Of a stretch of DNA of 64,000 nt, positions 13,044 to 25,115 are shown in pieces. The position numbers and the translations under genes are program-made. How positions within the stretch are numbered: position 1 is the stretch's first letter; each line of letters begins with the position of its first letter. Source of the stretch: Felis catus (Eukaryota); contig NC_058368.1 of assembly GCF_018350175.1 (NCBI RefSeq), forward strand, positions 132,744,001-132,808,000. Direction: 5' to 3'. Under the pieces are notes generated by a model, which was not told the DNA's origin, made no database searches, and worked only from the letters and a program-made list of their open reading frames with translations.

Positions 13044-14648
13044 TTTCCAAAGTCTTTTTCAGCTCTAAAGTCCCGTGAGCCTGTATGCTTTGGCCTTGAG
13101 AATCGAAGTAGCATTTGATATGCCTATTTGCCTAAGGAAGGATGGGGTACAGGGCACACAGTCAGAAGACCTGTTTGCATAGGTTTTCCTGGGTTCCACA
13201 GACAGTGGGCAGTGAGTTGATCAGTAAAGATATGGCTGGTGCAGTGTGGGCCCCCTGCCTATAACAGTAGAAAGAACACCCTTCTTTTCTTTTTCTGGAG
13301 GAGAAGGTGATGTTTACTAAGTAAGAATAGGGTTTTGGATAGTAAAACGGAGGAGGATGGCCAGCATTTGTTTCCGTTTTATTTTTCTCTTGGTGGTAGA
13401 AGGGAAGTTGCCACAGAATGGGAAATGCTATAGGGTAGATTGCTCATCTGGATACTGTCACAGGTGCTTGTAAGGAGGACCAGGAAGATGCTGACCTGCC
13501 CAGGTCTGACTGAGCAGGGGCTCCAGCTCCCCCTGCCCTCCCTGCACCAACCCTGGTGGGTAGTGATCTGGCACTCCACCCTCACCCAGTCCTAACCCAA
13601 GCACTGTCTGCCCACCATAGTGGCACCATTGAGAGGCACAGCACAGGGGACTTGGGAACAGAGAGCCCCCCACCAGAGTTAAGTTCTTCCATCAGCAGGG
13701 TTGAAAGCTGCTCCCACCTCTGGAGAGATGGTCTCTGAAAAGGACAGAAACTTACCATCAGATTGAAGAGAGGGGTACATGCTCCTTCTGAGGCCAGGAG
13801 CTGAGGGTGTTGAAAAATGCCTAAGAAAAGTGGCACAGACTGGGGTCACAGCAGTAGTGGCTCCTACTAGCCCAGTCCCATCTTTAATGATGAAGATTAA
13901 ACACTGGTAAGAGCCGACTGTTTCTGAGAACCTGAAGAGCTGTAATCACTTATAAGCCAGACTATTTCAGGTGGGCTGAAAGAGCTGGGTAAAAAAAAAT
14001 GTCTGGAATAAACATCTGCCTGTTACAACCCACAAGCTCTCTTTTTCTTTCAGGTATCTGGTATAAGCTGGAGAAATAAGGGTCACATATAAATAAACCT
14101 AATTGGATTTAAGGAAATGAAGAGGTTTAACTCTATCCCTCTTAATTTGGATTAATGTCACTTATACCTTCCAATGTAGGCCAAGCCTGGCTAAGGGAAA
14201 TGAATTGAGATGAAGAAGCGTTATCTGCTTTCTAGAGTCTGTAGATACTTTTCTGACAAGTTAGTTCTTTCTCAGTCATGGTAGAAATAGATAGTGTTAG
14301 GTGGGAAAAGAAATGTTCTTATTGTGGTGAAATAATATGGAATATAAACTTTACCATTTTAACCATTTTTTAAGTGTACAGTTCAGTGACATTAAGTACA
14401 TTCACAGTTCAGCCATCACCACTATACCCATTAAACAACAACTCCCATTTCCACCCTCCCCAGCCCCTGGCAACCAACACTTTACTTTCTATGACTTTAA
14501 CCACTCTATATAGCTCGCATAAGGGGAAGCATATGGTATTTGCCCTTTGTGTCTGGCTTATATTATTTAGTATAGTGTCTTCAAGGTTTGTCCACATTGT
14601 AGCATGCATCAGAATTTCCTTCCTTTACAAGGTTGAATCACATCCCAT

Positions 14649-14650
<2 letters not shown>

Positions 14651-14680
<30 letters not shown>
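14651..14680. repeat. (TG)15 microsatellite
   Basis: Read directly from the sequence. Confidence 0.95.
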
Positions 14681-14691
<11 letters not shown>

Positions 14692-15139
14692 CACATTTTG
14701 ATTATCCCATCATTTTGTCTACAAACATTTGGGTTATTTCTACCTTTTGGCTATTGTGACTAATACTACTATGAACATTGGTGTGCAAATATCTGTTGAA
14801 GTCCTGGCTTTCAGTTCTTTTGGTATCTATCTGGAAACAGAATTGCTAAGTTATATGGAAATTCTATATTTAATTTTTTAAGAAACCACTGTATTGTTTT
14901 CCACAGCAACATTCCCACCAGCAAAGCAGAAGTGTTCCAGTTTTCCACGTACTTGCCAAGACACTTGCTATTTTCTGTTTTTATTTTCGTATTAGTTATT
15001 CTAATCGGTGTGAAGTGATATCTCATTGTGGGTTTGATTTGCATGTCCCCAATAATTAGTGATTTTGAGCATTTTTTATGTGCTTATTGTCCATTTATAT
15101 ATCATCTTTGGAGAAATGTCTACTCAAGTCCTTTGCCCA

Positions 15140-15350
15140 TTTTTTAAAATATTTATTATTGAGAAACAGAGAGAGACAGAGCATGAGCATGGGAGGGGCA
15201 GAGAGAGGAGGAAACAGAATCTGAAGCAGGCTCCAGGCTCTGAGCTGTTAGCACAGAGCCCGACGCAGGGCTTGAACTCACGAACGCAAGATCATGACCT
15301 GAGCTGAAATGAAATCGGACGCTTAACTGACTGAGACACCCAGGTGCCCC
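15140..15350 (-). mobile_element. CanSINE inside L1
   Basis: Reverse-complement CanSINE; TSD tttgcccatttttt. Confidence 0.95.
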
Positions 15351-15559
15351 ATTTGCCCATTTTTTAATTGAGTGGTTTGTGTTTTTGTTTTTGAGTTGTA
15401 GGGGTTCTTTGTATATTCTGGGTATTAATCCCTAAGCAGATACATGATTTGCAAATACTTTCTCCTGAAACAATTGCTTAAGTTGGCACGTTTTAACTTT
15501 TTTTCAAGCCAGAACACATGTATTTTAGGACTAAAGAAATGATACAGGCTCATGATATA

Positions 15560-16070
15560 ATTTCAAAAAACATAAAAGGAATAAAAAATAAAATCATTTG
15601 AACTACACAACCCAGAGATCACAACATTGTTTTGCTGAATATTCCTTCTAGGCTTTTTCCTATGCCTGTAAAAAATTTTTCATCCAGACTACACATAATA
15701 TCCTATAACCTTTCCTTAGCAGTAAACACAAGTATATATGATTGTTCTTATGTACCATAAAGTACTTCACTGAACAGATATACCATAATGTATTCAATCA
15801 ATCCACTAACAATAAAAGATGGTGGTAGTTTCTAACATCCTTATTGTAAACAGTGCTTCATGAAGGTCCTTTGTGTATATCTTTACATATTTGTTCAATT
15901 CATTCACTGGGATAAATTCCCAGAAGTTGAATTTCTGGGCCAAAAGATATGCATATTTAAAATTTTGATATCTTTTATATTGCCAAATTACTTTCCAGAA
16001 AGGCAGAACCAATTTATACTCTTACTGCGTATGAGAGTGCCCATTGTCCCACACCCTTGCCAAATTGGCA
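15560..16070 (-). mobile_element. Old L1 (L1ME-like) fragment
   Basis: 'ggataaattcccagaagttgaatttctggg...tatgagagtgcccattgtcccacacccttgccaa'. Confidence 0.7.
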
Positions 16071-16587
16071 TGCTTTCAACAATGGTAAAAATAGGTTCTT
16101 GTCTGCTTTCCTCCCATGAATCCTGCCAAAGTGCCTGATGTGAAACTAAATGAGAGGAATATAAAGTTGACAGATGGGAAGTATTTTGGTCACTATAATG
16201 TTTTATCTAAAGTGCACCATTTTCCCCTCAAAGCAAGTGTGATAGATAAGCCTTCTTCATTTTTTAGTACAAGTTCTAGGAAGTAATTTCCTAAATGGAT
16301 TGATTCCTTAGAGAGAGAATGTCTCTGAGGACGTAGAAATTATTCAAACCAAATGTGCTTTCGGTTGATAGAGGATATACGTTTTTTTGACATAACAGTA
16401 TCTATCTTTTTTTAAAAGATGCAAAGTGTTTTAGTCTGTACTATTTATTCAGAGTGTCATATCACAACTTATTCTCAATGTACTTATTTATTTGTCCAAA
16501 GTTTCTGCAGAGAAATGTTTCCCCAGCTTTGTTTTATGTTTCATAAACTTTTTTAAAAGATTGTATTGTTTAAGAAATCTCTACACC

Positions 16588-16802
16588 TGGGACACCTGGG
16601 TAGTTCAGTCTGTTAAGAACGACTCTTGATTTGGGCTCAGGTCATGATCTCACAGTTTGTGAGATTGAGCCCCATGTCAGACTGTGCACTGACAGCATGG
16701 AGCCTGCTTGGGATTCTCTCTCTCCCCCTCTCTCTGTCCCTCCCCCACTCATGCTTTCTCATTCTCTCTCTTCCTAAAAAATAAATAAATAAACTTAAAA
16801 AA
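16588..16802 (+). mobile_element. CanSINE nested in a short minus-strand SINE
   Basis: Full element; TSD aaatctctacacc. Confidence 0.93.
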
Positions 16803-16885
16803 ATCTCTACACCCAACATGGTGCTTAGATTTAACAACCTCCAGATCAAGAGTCACATGCTCTACCGACTGAACCAAGCTGGGGC
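16803..16885 (-). mobile_element. Short tRNA-like CanSINE (tail displaced to ~16550-16587)
   Basis: 'cagatcaagagtcacatgctctaccgactgaacca' is the reverse of a tRNA-Lys-like head. Confidence 0.8.
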
Positions 16886-17089
16886 TACTGTTTTATAAAT
16901 TTAATTGAGGTATAATTTACATTTACTATAAGTAAGGGTTTTTTTCTTTAAAATCTGATTGCACATAACTTGTAAAGGTAATCCTTTCACCATAAAATTA
17001 AAGAGAGGGATATACATTTAAACATACTCTCTTTGGAAAACACAGAAAGAAAAGAATGGAGTTTTATTTATTTAAAAAAAATTTTTTTA

Positions 17090-17300
17090 GGGGCGCCTGG
17101 GTGACTCAGTCAATTGAGCATCTGACTTCGGTTCAGGTCATGATCTCACAGTCTGTGAGTTCAAGCCCCGCATCGGGCTCTGTGCTGACAGCTCAGAGCT
17201 TGGAACCTGCCTCAGATTCTGTGTCTCCCTCTCTCTCTGCCCCTCCCCTGCTCATGCTCTGTCTCCCTCTGTGTCAAAATAAATAAAAACATTAAAAAAA
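17090..17300 (+). mobile_element. CanSINE
   Basis: Full element. Confidence 0.95.
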
Positions 17301-17309
17301 TTTTTTTTT

Positions 17310-17545
17310 AAATTTTTTTAATGTTTACTTATTTTTTGAGAGAGAGAGAGAGAGAGAAAGAAACAGAGAGAGACAGAGCATGGGCAAGGGAGGGGCAGAG
17401 AGAGAGGGAGACACAGAATCCAAAGCAGGATCCAGGCTCTGAGGTGTCAGCAGAGAGCCCGATGCAGGACTTGAATTCACGCACTGTGAGATCATGACCT
17501 GAGCAGAAGTCAGATGCTCAACTGGCTGAGCCACCTAGGTGCCCC
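17310..17545 (-). mobile_element. CanSINE
   Basis: Full reverse-complement element; outer TSD aagaa(t/a)ggagtttta at 17052 and 17546. Confidence 0.95.
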
Positions 17546-18499
17546 AAGAAAGGAGTTTTAAATTTAGCTATTTCGATCCCTGGATATATAATACTAAGCA
17601 TATAATTTAACATAATATTCTTGTTTTCTTCTCTGATAACCTAGAAATATTAAATCTGCTCTACCTTCTCCATAGAGATGTTGGCAAGACAGAGATGTCC
17701 CAACCCTACAGTAAATTGAATTGCACATTTTTTTACATGTGGAGCCAAATATATCTAATTGACTTTTATATCTAAACTTTAAGTTTTTGTGCCCAAAGGG
17801 ATGTCTTTCTTTTTCAAATGAAAGCATATAAGTCAGATGGATTCTTTATAATACAAAATTATACTCTTGTTTTTGCATTCATATCATTGAAAAGCATTTT
17901 GAAAGTGTTCAGCTTCACGGATAGTATTAATGACACTTACATGACAAAAAGTCAGAAAAAAGGTAATTATAAAAAGTGAACTGTACATAATAATCCTTGT
18001 TATTTTTCCCCTTTCTGCCACTTAATAAATTAAGTGTATCAAGTTATTATAAATGTAATACTTCCAAAGTTAGCAAAGTTATATTTTTAAAAAGGCATAC
18101 GAATACTAAAATTGTTTTGAGAAAAAAGAATCCTTCCCAGTCTATATTCTGGTTAGGAGTAAATGCTTATCCTCTGAACTCTGTCTATTCCCCAGGAGGG
18201 ACAACTTGGAGGACTTGGGCCTCTCCTACTTACTCTCGCTTTGGGAAAAAGCACCTTTGGTAAGATGGAGAGAAAGAACTACTAATGCGCCGCGCAGCCC
18301 TTCTTTCTTTCAGAGTTGCCAGTCCTTAAAGACCTACCTTGAAATAACCATATCATAGTAGGTCCTGTCCTGCAAGAAGGACTGAAGTTTGAAGGAATTT
18401 ATTTTAATTCAGCAAAGTATTAGGAAGCTCATTTGACCACAGATCTACATCCCATTCTCCAGTCAGCTGCATTAGTCATGAGGCTGACTTTGGTAAAAA

Positions 18500-18912
18500 T
18501 TATTTTTTCTTATGGGAAAAAGCACGGAACAAAATTTGCCATCTTGACCCTTTCTCAGTATACAATTCAGTACTGTTAATTATAATCCCATTGTTATTCA
18601 AGGAATCTCCAGAACTCTTTTTGTCTTTCAGACTGACACTCTCTATCCATTAATCAACAAGTTCGTTTCCCCCTTGTCCCAGCTCCTGACAATCACTGTT
18701 CTACTTCTTTTTCTATGAATTTTACTACTAGGTAACTTAGGTAACTGAGATTAAGTGGAATTGTACAGTATTTATCTTTTTGTGACTACGTTATTCCACT
18801 TAGCGTATCTCCAAGGTTCATTTGTGTGGTAGCATATGTCAGATTTTCTTCCTTTTTCAGGCCACACAGTATTCCAATGTACCACATTTTCTTATCCATT
18901 TATCCGTTGATG
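18500..18912 (-). mobile_element. L1MB-like 3' fragment
   Basis: 'aaaatttgccatcttgaccc...taagtggaattgtacagtatttatctttttgtgact...tccatttatccgttgatg'. Confidence 0.8.
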
Positions 18913-19076
18913 AGGCTGACATTTTGAACTCTTACCTACCTGATTCTGGCTTCTCTTTGTACTTCTCCATTGGTCCAAAACTAAGGATGGGAAGGGATAG
19001 TAATTAGTGTTCACTCCCTTAAGACCCAGCAGATTGGATAACAGAGTGTTTGTGGTACACATGTATTGTTTTGTCT

Positions 19077-19551
19077 GTCCAAAGTCAAGAAAAAACAAAT
19101 CTAGAATGAGGTAAGGAGAGACTTTATTCAGAAGGATTACTGCAGTGAAGGGATGGGGGCTGTCACAGTAGGGGTGCTCTAATCATAGGCCATAAGACTT
19201 TTAAGCATCTCAGAGGTCAGGTAGGTCAAAGATAGGCTAAGTTCAGGAGCCAAATTCAGGAGGAGGGAGAGAACCTCGACTAAAGTCTACTCAAGGCAAG
19301 TTAGCAGGCATTTTTCTACCTTGGTCAGTGAGATAAACAGTTCAGCTAATGATTTATGAGACAAAGAATGGAAATTTGTAGAGTCTGTGTCTGGTATTGT
19401 CATAGGTGGACAGGTGGTCATGAGTCTTATCTAAGTCACATGGAGAAGGGTGGTTCTTTGCAGGAAGCTGTTTCTTGGAACACAGAGGGTGAGTTGGTGT
19501 GTGTTTGGGGGCTTGTGTTCCAGGAGCACAGCCCTCAGATAAATTTCAACG
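19077..19551 (-). mobile_element. ERV1-class solo LTR, MER67-like
   Basis: 'gagagactttattcagaaggattactgca', 'cagttcagctaatgatttatgagacaaagaatggaaatttg', 'gagtcttatctaagtcacatggagaagggtggttctttgcag' match the recalled MER67 consensus in reverse. Confidence 0.7.
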
Positions 19552-19554
19552 TGG

Positions 19555-19925
19555 TTGCCAGCATTCTTTGCCACTCCATGGGGTGAAGAATGCACCTTGT
19601 GGAGAATCTACTTCCCTTGGTTTGAATGAGGTTGATCCCACTTCCCTCTTTATATGAATGAGTATATGGCCCCAGCCCTGACCATGCCCTGCCACTTCAA
19701 ATATCTTTCTTCTCTGATCACTATTAATGATCCAGGAAAGGGTACACGATCCAAAGAGGACCAACTGATCTACTGAGATCTGATCACCTGAGTGCTCAGA
19801 GAGAGAGAACCCTGACATTATCTAAGCTCCTGGATGCAGCCATGCTCACCTTAGTTCTACTCCTAGGCTTCCCAGTTTTATTAACTAACAAAACACCCTT
19901 TTGCGTAATTATGTGGGTTTTTCCC
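19555..19925 (+). mobile_element. MLT1 LTR fragment
   Basis: 'gagaaccctgacattatctaagctcctggatgcagccatgc...cttcccagtt' is MLT1J/K-like. Confidence 0.55.
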
Positions 19926-20619
19926 CCAAAAAATAACTGTGTTATAGTCCTCAAGGCCTTTGTTGGTTTGGATGGTTGAAGGGCCCTGGCTATCTCTGAT
20001 TATGAAAGATTCCAAGGGTCTTGTTTTAATTCCAAGAGTAGGAATATTGACTACAGAATTTTGGCCATATTTCAAGCTTAAGTAATTCCATCTGCCCTCC
20101 CTGAAATTTTTTACTGCAAAAATATTCAATATTCTTTACTTCCCTCACTGGACTTCTAAGCATCATGGGGTCTCCTGATCATTTTTCACCTTATCAAAGG
20201 CAAGTCCTGAATTTGGGGTAAAATAATCAGTATCCTAACTTAAACTTTAATAAGAAATCATGGTTTATAAGGAGAAATGAGCTGAAATGCCCTACATGTT
20301 TGATTTTCAAGTTCTATTTGATAAGTTATGTGAGCAATAGATTGACACAGGGAATGAAAGTAATCATTTCTTCAAATACGCAGGGAGAATGCACAAGACG
20401 ACATCACAGAAGAAATACAATGTGGTGTTAATACAAATCATGAAGATTTTGTTTACATTTGGCATTTACCTAACTTCAACAGCCATTTTTATTTAATGAT
20501 TACATGTTCTGATAAATAATAGTCATGAAATGGAACATGAAAAGGAATTAAAATGTTGTAATTATGAGGGGAAAAAAAAGTAGCAGCTAATCTTTGTAAG
20601 TTAATGTGCAGGGGGGAAA

Positions 20620-20725
20620 AGCTAATTCAACAACTATTTCTGGAGTGTCCATTATATGCCAGGCTCCAGGATACAGCAGTGAACAATACAGACAAAATCT
20701 CTGTTTTCATGGAACTTCTAGTGGG
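20620..20725 (-). mobile_element. L2 3' fragment
   Basis: 'tatgccaggctccaggatacagcagtgaacaatacagacaaaatctctgttttcatggaactt'. Confidence 0.7.
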
Positions 20726-21914
20726 AAAATGTACCAGTAAAGTAAAAATGACAAACCTCCAAAAATAAATGCCATCTGGGTTCCTAGAGCAGGAAAGCCT
20801 CTGACCTGCTCTTGTTTTGTTATTCTTTGTCCATTAGAAATTGTCTTTTACTGAAATGTTACAGTGACCATCTTGTGAGTGATTTTTGGCTTCTCTTTAA
20901 AGTTCTTCTGTATTTCCCAAATTTTCTACAATGAGGCTCTATTACTGTTTAATTTAAAAAAAAAAGAGCTTATTAAGAGGAAAAAAACGTGACAGGCAAG
21001 AAGTTCAAAGTTGTAAATCTTGGGAGTGTGGAAGGCTCACTCAAACACCTCCTTTTAGCACCTTACTGCCACTCCGGAACTTAAAAAAAAGAAGAGTCTT
21101 TTTAAAAAGCAGCTCATGTTGCTTTCACTTTGGGTGACTCCCCCTGCCCTTCTCTTGTTCTTGAGCTCCTCTGATACAGTCTAAAGCAGCTTATTTTTCA
21201 GTCTCATGTAGCTTAAAATCCACTTGTAAACATTCCGGATGCCGGGAGACTTGTCTCTTCCTTGCCTCTTCCTCTTTCTCTTTCTCTGGACTATCTGGTT
21301 CTCCTGTCCTTTTACCTACAAAGTTCACCACTGCTCTGACTCCCTCTCTGTGTACCAGGTAAACCTTAGTTACTCATCATTGCCCTTGTCACTTCCATTT
21401 CTAGCTGCCACTTTTCCACAAACTGAGCTCTGTTCCCAGGTTACCATCATGTCCCCTGAGAAAATGTCAATCTAAGTTCCGTTTTATTCACTTACATTTC
21501 TAAAAGTTGTCTAATAAATTTGTGAAAGAACCCTTTTTCCCCTGATGGGTTGAAGAATTACCTTACACTCTTTGGGGCTGTCAGGTTATGATAGAAAATT
21601 CTGATTTTGTTTCTGTTTTGTAATTGATTTAATCAGAATTTATTTATTTAATTTTTTTACAGTCAATAGTTACTTCAAACTTTTCTTTCTTTAATTTAAA
21701 GAAATTCTTGGTATTTTCCCTATTACCTTTTTTTTCCTTACTGACTCTTAGTATGGAGACTGTATTGACTTTTATCATTGTGCTTGAAGAAATCATTTTA
21801 CATTCTGGGTAAAATTTATAAATGTTACCTGCTTTTCTCAAATTGGTAATATATACTTGTTATGCTTTTTAAAAACTTTAAAAAAATTTACTTCCATACA
21901 GTAAAATACACTAT

Positions 21915-22129
21915 TCTTTGTTTTTAAGTTTATTTATTTATTTTGAGAGACAGAGACAGCATGAGTTGGGGAAAGGCAGAGAGAGAAAGGGAGAGAGATA
22001 ATCCCAAGCAGGCTCCACACTGCCAGTGCAGAGTCTGACATAGGGCTTGAACCCACAAAACTGTGAAATGTGACCTAAGCTGAAATCAAGAATCAGACGC
22101 TTAACCGACACAGCCACCCAGGCTCCCCC
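21915..22129 (-). mobile_element. CanSINE
   Basis: Reverse-complement element; TSD atacacta. Confidence 0.93.
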
Positions 22130-22189
22130 ACATACACTAATCTTTAATATAATGCTCAATTATTTTCTATATATGTATATATCTACTGT

Positions 22190-22705
22190 ATATGCATATT
22201 TTACATATGTATATATGTAAAACTGTCACCCACCTCAAGATACAGAACATTCCCAACAACCCCCAAATTTATCCCCTTCCCAATATCCTCCTGCCCCCCG
22301 CCAAAACTCCATGCGCCACTCTTGCGAAAGGCAATCACTATTCTGACTTCTGTCATCATTAATTACTTTTGCCTGTATTTGATCTTGAAATAAATAGAAA
22401 TATCCAGTATTTGCCCTCTGTTTTGACCCCTTTGGTTCAAAAATCTATCCCTGACAGAATGCATCATGTTTTATTCTTTTTTATTGATGTATGCATTCCA
22501 TTAAATATAGTTCAATTTATATATCCATTTTCCTATCAACGGACAGTTGGATTGTTTTCAGGTTTTGCCTATTATGAAAACAGCTGCTACAAATATTCTT
22601 GTCCATGTCTTTTGGGGGACATCTGCATTCATTTCTCTTGTGTTTATACCAAAGAGTGGAACTGCTGGTTTGTGGAGTAGACGTATCTTTAGCTTTCATC
22701 AAATT
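22190..22705 (-). mobile_element. Old L1 (L1ME-like) fragment
   Basis: 'cactattctgacttctgtcatc...ggacagttggattgttttcaggttttgcctattatgaaaacagctgct'. Confidence 0.75.
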
Positions 22706-22716
22706 GCTGATGTATT

Positions 22717-22928
22717 GGGGCGCCTGGGTGGCTCAGTCGGTTAAGCGTCCGACTTCGGCTCAGGTCATGATCTCACGGTCCATGGGTTCGAGCCCCGCGT
22801 CGGGCTCTGTGCTGACAGCTCAGAGCCTGGAGCCTGTTTCAGATTCTGTGTCTCCCTCTCTTTCTTACCCTCCCCCGTTTATGCTCTGTCTCTCCCTGTC
22901 TCAAAAATAAATAAACGTTAAAAAAAAT
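22717..22928 (+). mobile_element. CanSINE (young, CpG-rich)
   Basis: Near-consensus with CpGs retained. Confidence 0.96.
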
Positions 22929-23299
22929 TGCGTGTATTTACGTGGCACAAAATTCTAAAGGCACAAAGGAGTATAGAGTGAGAAGTCTTTCTCCTACTCC
23001 TACATCTCCAGTTCCATACTTCTCTTTTCCAGAGACAGCCAACGTTTGCCAGTTTCTTGTGTATTCCTCCAGAATCACTCTGCATTTGGAAACATATATA
23101 TGAATTGTGTCCTGTTTTACATCAAAGCTACAACACAACACAAACTCTTTTGCCAACAGATGTGAACTAATCGCCCCCACATAGAAGGATGAAGGTTTTC
23201 CAGACAGTGGTAATAATTCGTGCACTTTTATACACAATCTACCTGATAGATTGTGTTTATCTACCAGGTAGATTGATGGGACTGAAGTGAGGCTATGAA

Positions 23300-23760
23300 T
23301 GTCCAGGGGCCGGTGAGAGATGATGCTAGAATGACAGCCAGAGAGGCCGGATCCTGAAAGTCTTCGAATGCCATCCCAGAGGAGTGTGGATGTTATCTTG
23401 AAGGAAATAAGGAACCACCGAATGTTTTTGAGTTGGGGGGTGGAGATGAGGTGGGGGCGGGGCAGGATTGGATTTGTGATTTTCAAGACCCCGGGTGGAA
23501 GATTAAAGGGAGGAGGAAGAGACTGGCTGCAGAGAAACTCTTAGTCCACAGGGCAGTTGATAATATGAGAATGGTGAAGAACACACACTGGTACTTGGTG
23601 ACAATCCGATGTTGGCAGTGAGACAGAGCTGGGAGATGGTGTGCAGAGTACACAGCTGTTTTGGAAAAGAAAAGATAAGAAATTCAGACATTTTGTGCTT
23701 GAGGCTGAGTGTGACACCCAAACATCATTTTCAGTAACTTCCAAATTTCCTGAAGCCATG
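23300..23760 (-). mobile_element. L2 fragment (degenerate)
   Basis: 'gagtgtggatgttatcttgaaggaaataaggaaccaccgaatgtttttgag...gattggatttgtgattttcaag' resembles antisense L2. Confidence 0.5.
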
Positions 23761-23791
23761 AAAGACCACATTGATATGGTTACTTAAAATG

Positions 23792-23946
23792 AGGGGCGCC
23801 TGGGTGGCTCAGTTGGTTAAGTGTGTGACTTCGGCTCAGGTCATGATCTCATGGTTGATGAGTTCAAGCCCTTCATTGGGCTCTCTGCTGTCAGCGCAGG
23901 GCCTGCTTCATATCCTCTGTGTCCCTCTGTCTCTGCCCCTCCCCTG

Positions 23947-23988
<42 letters not shown>

Positions 23989-24024
23989 AATAAACACACA
24001 TTTTTAAAAATAAAAAAAAAATAA
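23792..24024 (+). mobile_element. CanSINE
   Basis: Full element with long (CT)n. Confidence 0.95.
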
Positions 24025-24894
24025 AGTTGGTCTGGGTAATTCTTAAACCTTCTTCTTGGATTGTTCCCTGACTTCCTGGGAGTTGGCTGCCTTCCTGGGT
24101 GCCCTGGAGCACCTGCCCTGAGCCAGCCACGCTTTACACAGGCATTCCTAGGAAAATTACACCAGGGGTTAGGCCCAGCATCCTCTTGCTTGTCTCCCAG
24201 CCTTTTCTCCTGGCAGAATTAAGGAGATTAGTGACCAAAATAGGAAAGAGAATAAAAAAGGATTGAATAGTTTAAAACACAGATAACTGATCTTTGAATA
24301 ATTCGATTTTTTGGAAAGTATCAGCTTCTTGATTTTTGGAATATGATATTACCCCCCAAATGGGAAAATAATGGAATGAGGGGAAATTATTTCTGATCTA
24401 GTCACTCTGACGTGACCACAGGAAGCATTATGGAATACTGTACTTTCTTGCCTTTCTTCCCCAGCCCCTTTTCACATAGGTGTAAATCACACTGCAATCA
24501 TCAGTAGGATAAAATAGATTGTGGTGTCCTAGTGTCATAGGATGATTTTTTTAAGGCCTTAGAGGAATATTGAAAATTAGGTAGCAAATTACATTGTCTT
24601 CTCCTTACCCTGGTGTAAGTTGTTAGTCCCTTTAAGGAAATAGAAGGAAATGTGGGCATATGTTGTGAAGGTATTCTAATATATAAACAGGAAGTAGCAT
24701 TGACTCTGAGACGGTCTGGCTTATTAGCACTGAAGTGGAACCTACAACTATTTTTTAAATCAGTCAGAACTTTTTTTTTTTTCAGTTTACATAGATTATG
24801 TGATATGATGGTATGAAAAGAGCATCGGGCTTGGAATATAGTCCTAGTTTTGGTATTAACCGTGTGGTGTTGGATTCACTTTAGCCTCTGTGAA

Positions 24895-25115
24895 ATCATT
24901 CCAGATTCTGCTTCATGCAAGTCAGTGAATGCTTCATGTGACCTCCTTTGTCTATGCCTGGTTAATGCCCACTCCTGGAACTAAGGCTGAGGTCAGCCCT
25001 CTAACAACCAGAAGATCATGAATCAGGGAGGAGTACCAAAGAACATTCCATGAGATGGGTTGTTACCAGAAGGGGAAATGAATTTTGGGCAGGCAAAAAC
25101 ACTAGATGTCTATCT
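24895..25115 (-). mobile_element. MLT1 LTR fragment
   Basis: 'tgttaccagaaggggaaatgaattttgggcaggcaaaaacactagatgtc' is MLT1J/K-like. Confidence 0.5.

Larger units (their letters stand above)
14320..15470 (-). mobile_element. L1MB-like 3' fragment (ORF2 end + 3'UTR), interrupted by a SINE
   Basis: Minus-strand ORF 'MQIKPTMRYHFTPIRIT...' is degenerate L1 ORF2 C-terminus; 3'UTR 'tttaccattttaaccatttttaagtgtacagttcagtgacattaagtacattcaca'. Confidence 0.9.

Noticed and set aside
22938..23486. Longest ORF (182 aa, minus strand)
   Set aside because: It runs through degenerate L2/L1-like sequence, has a non-ATG start and no recognisable domain; most likely a chance frame.
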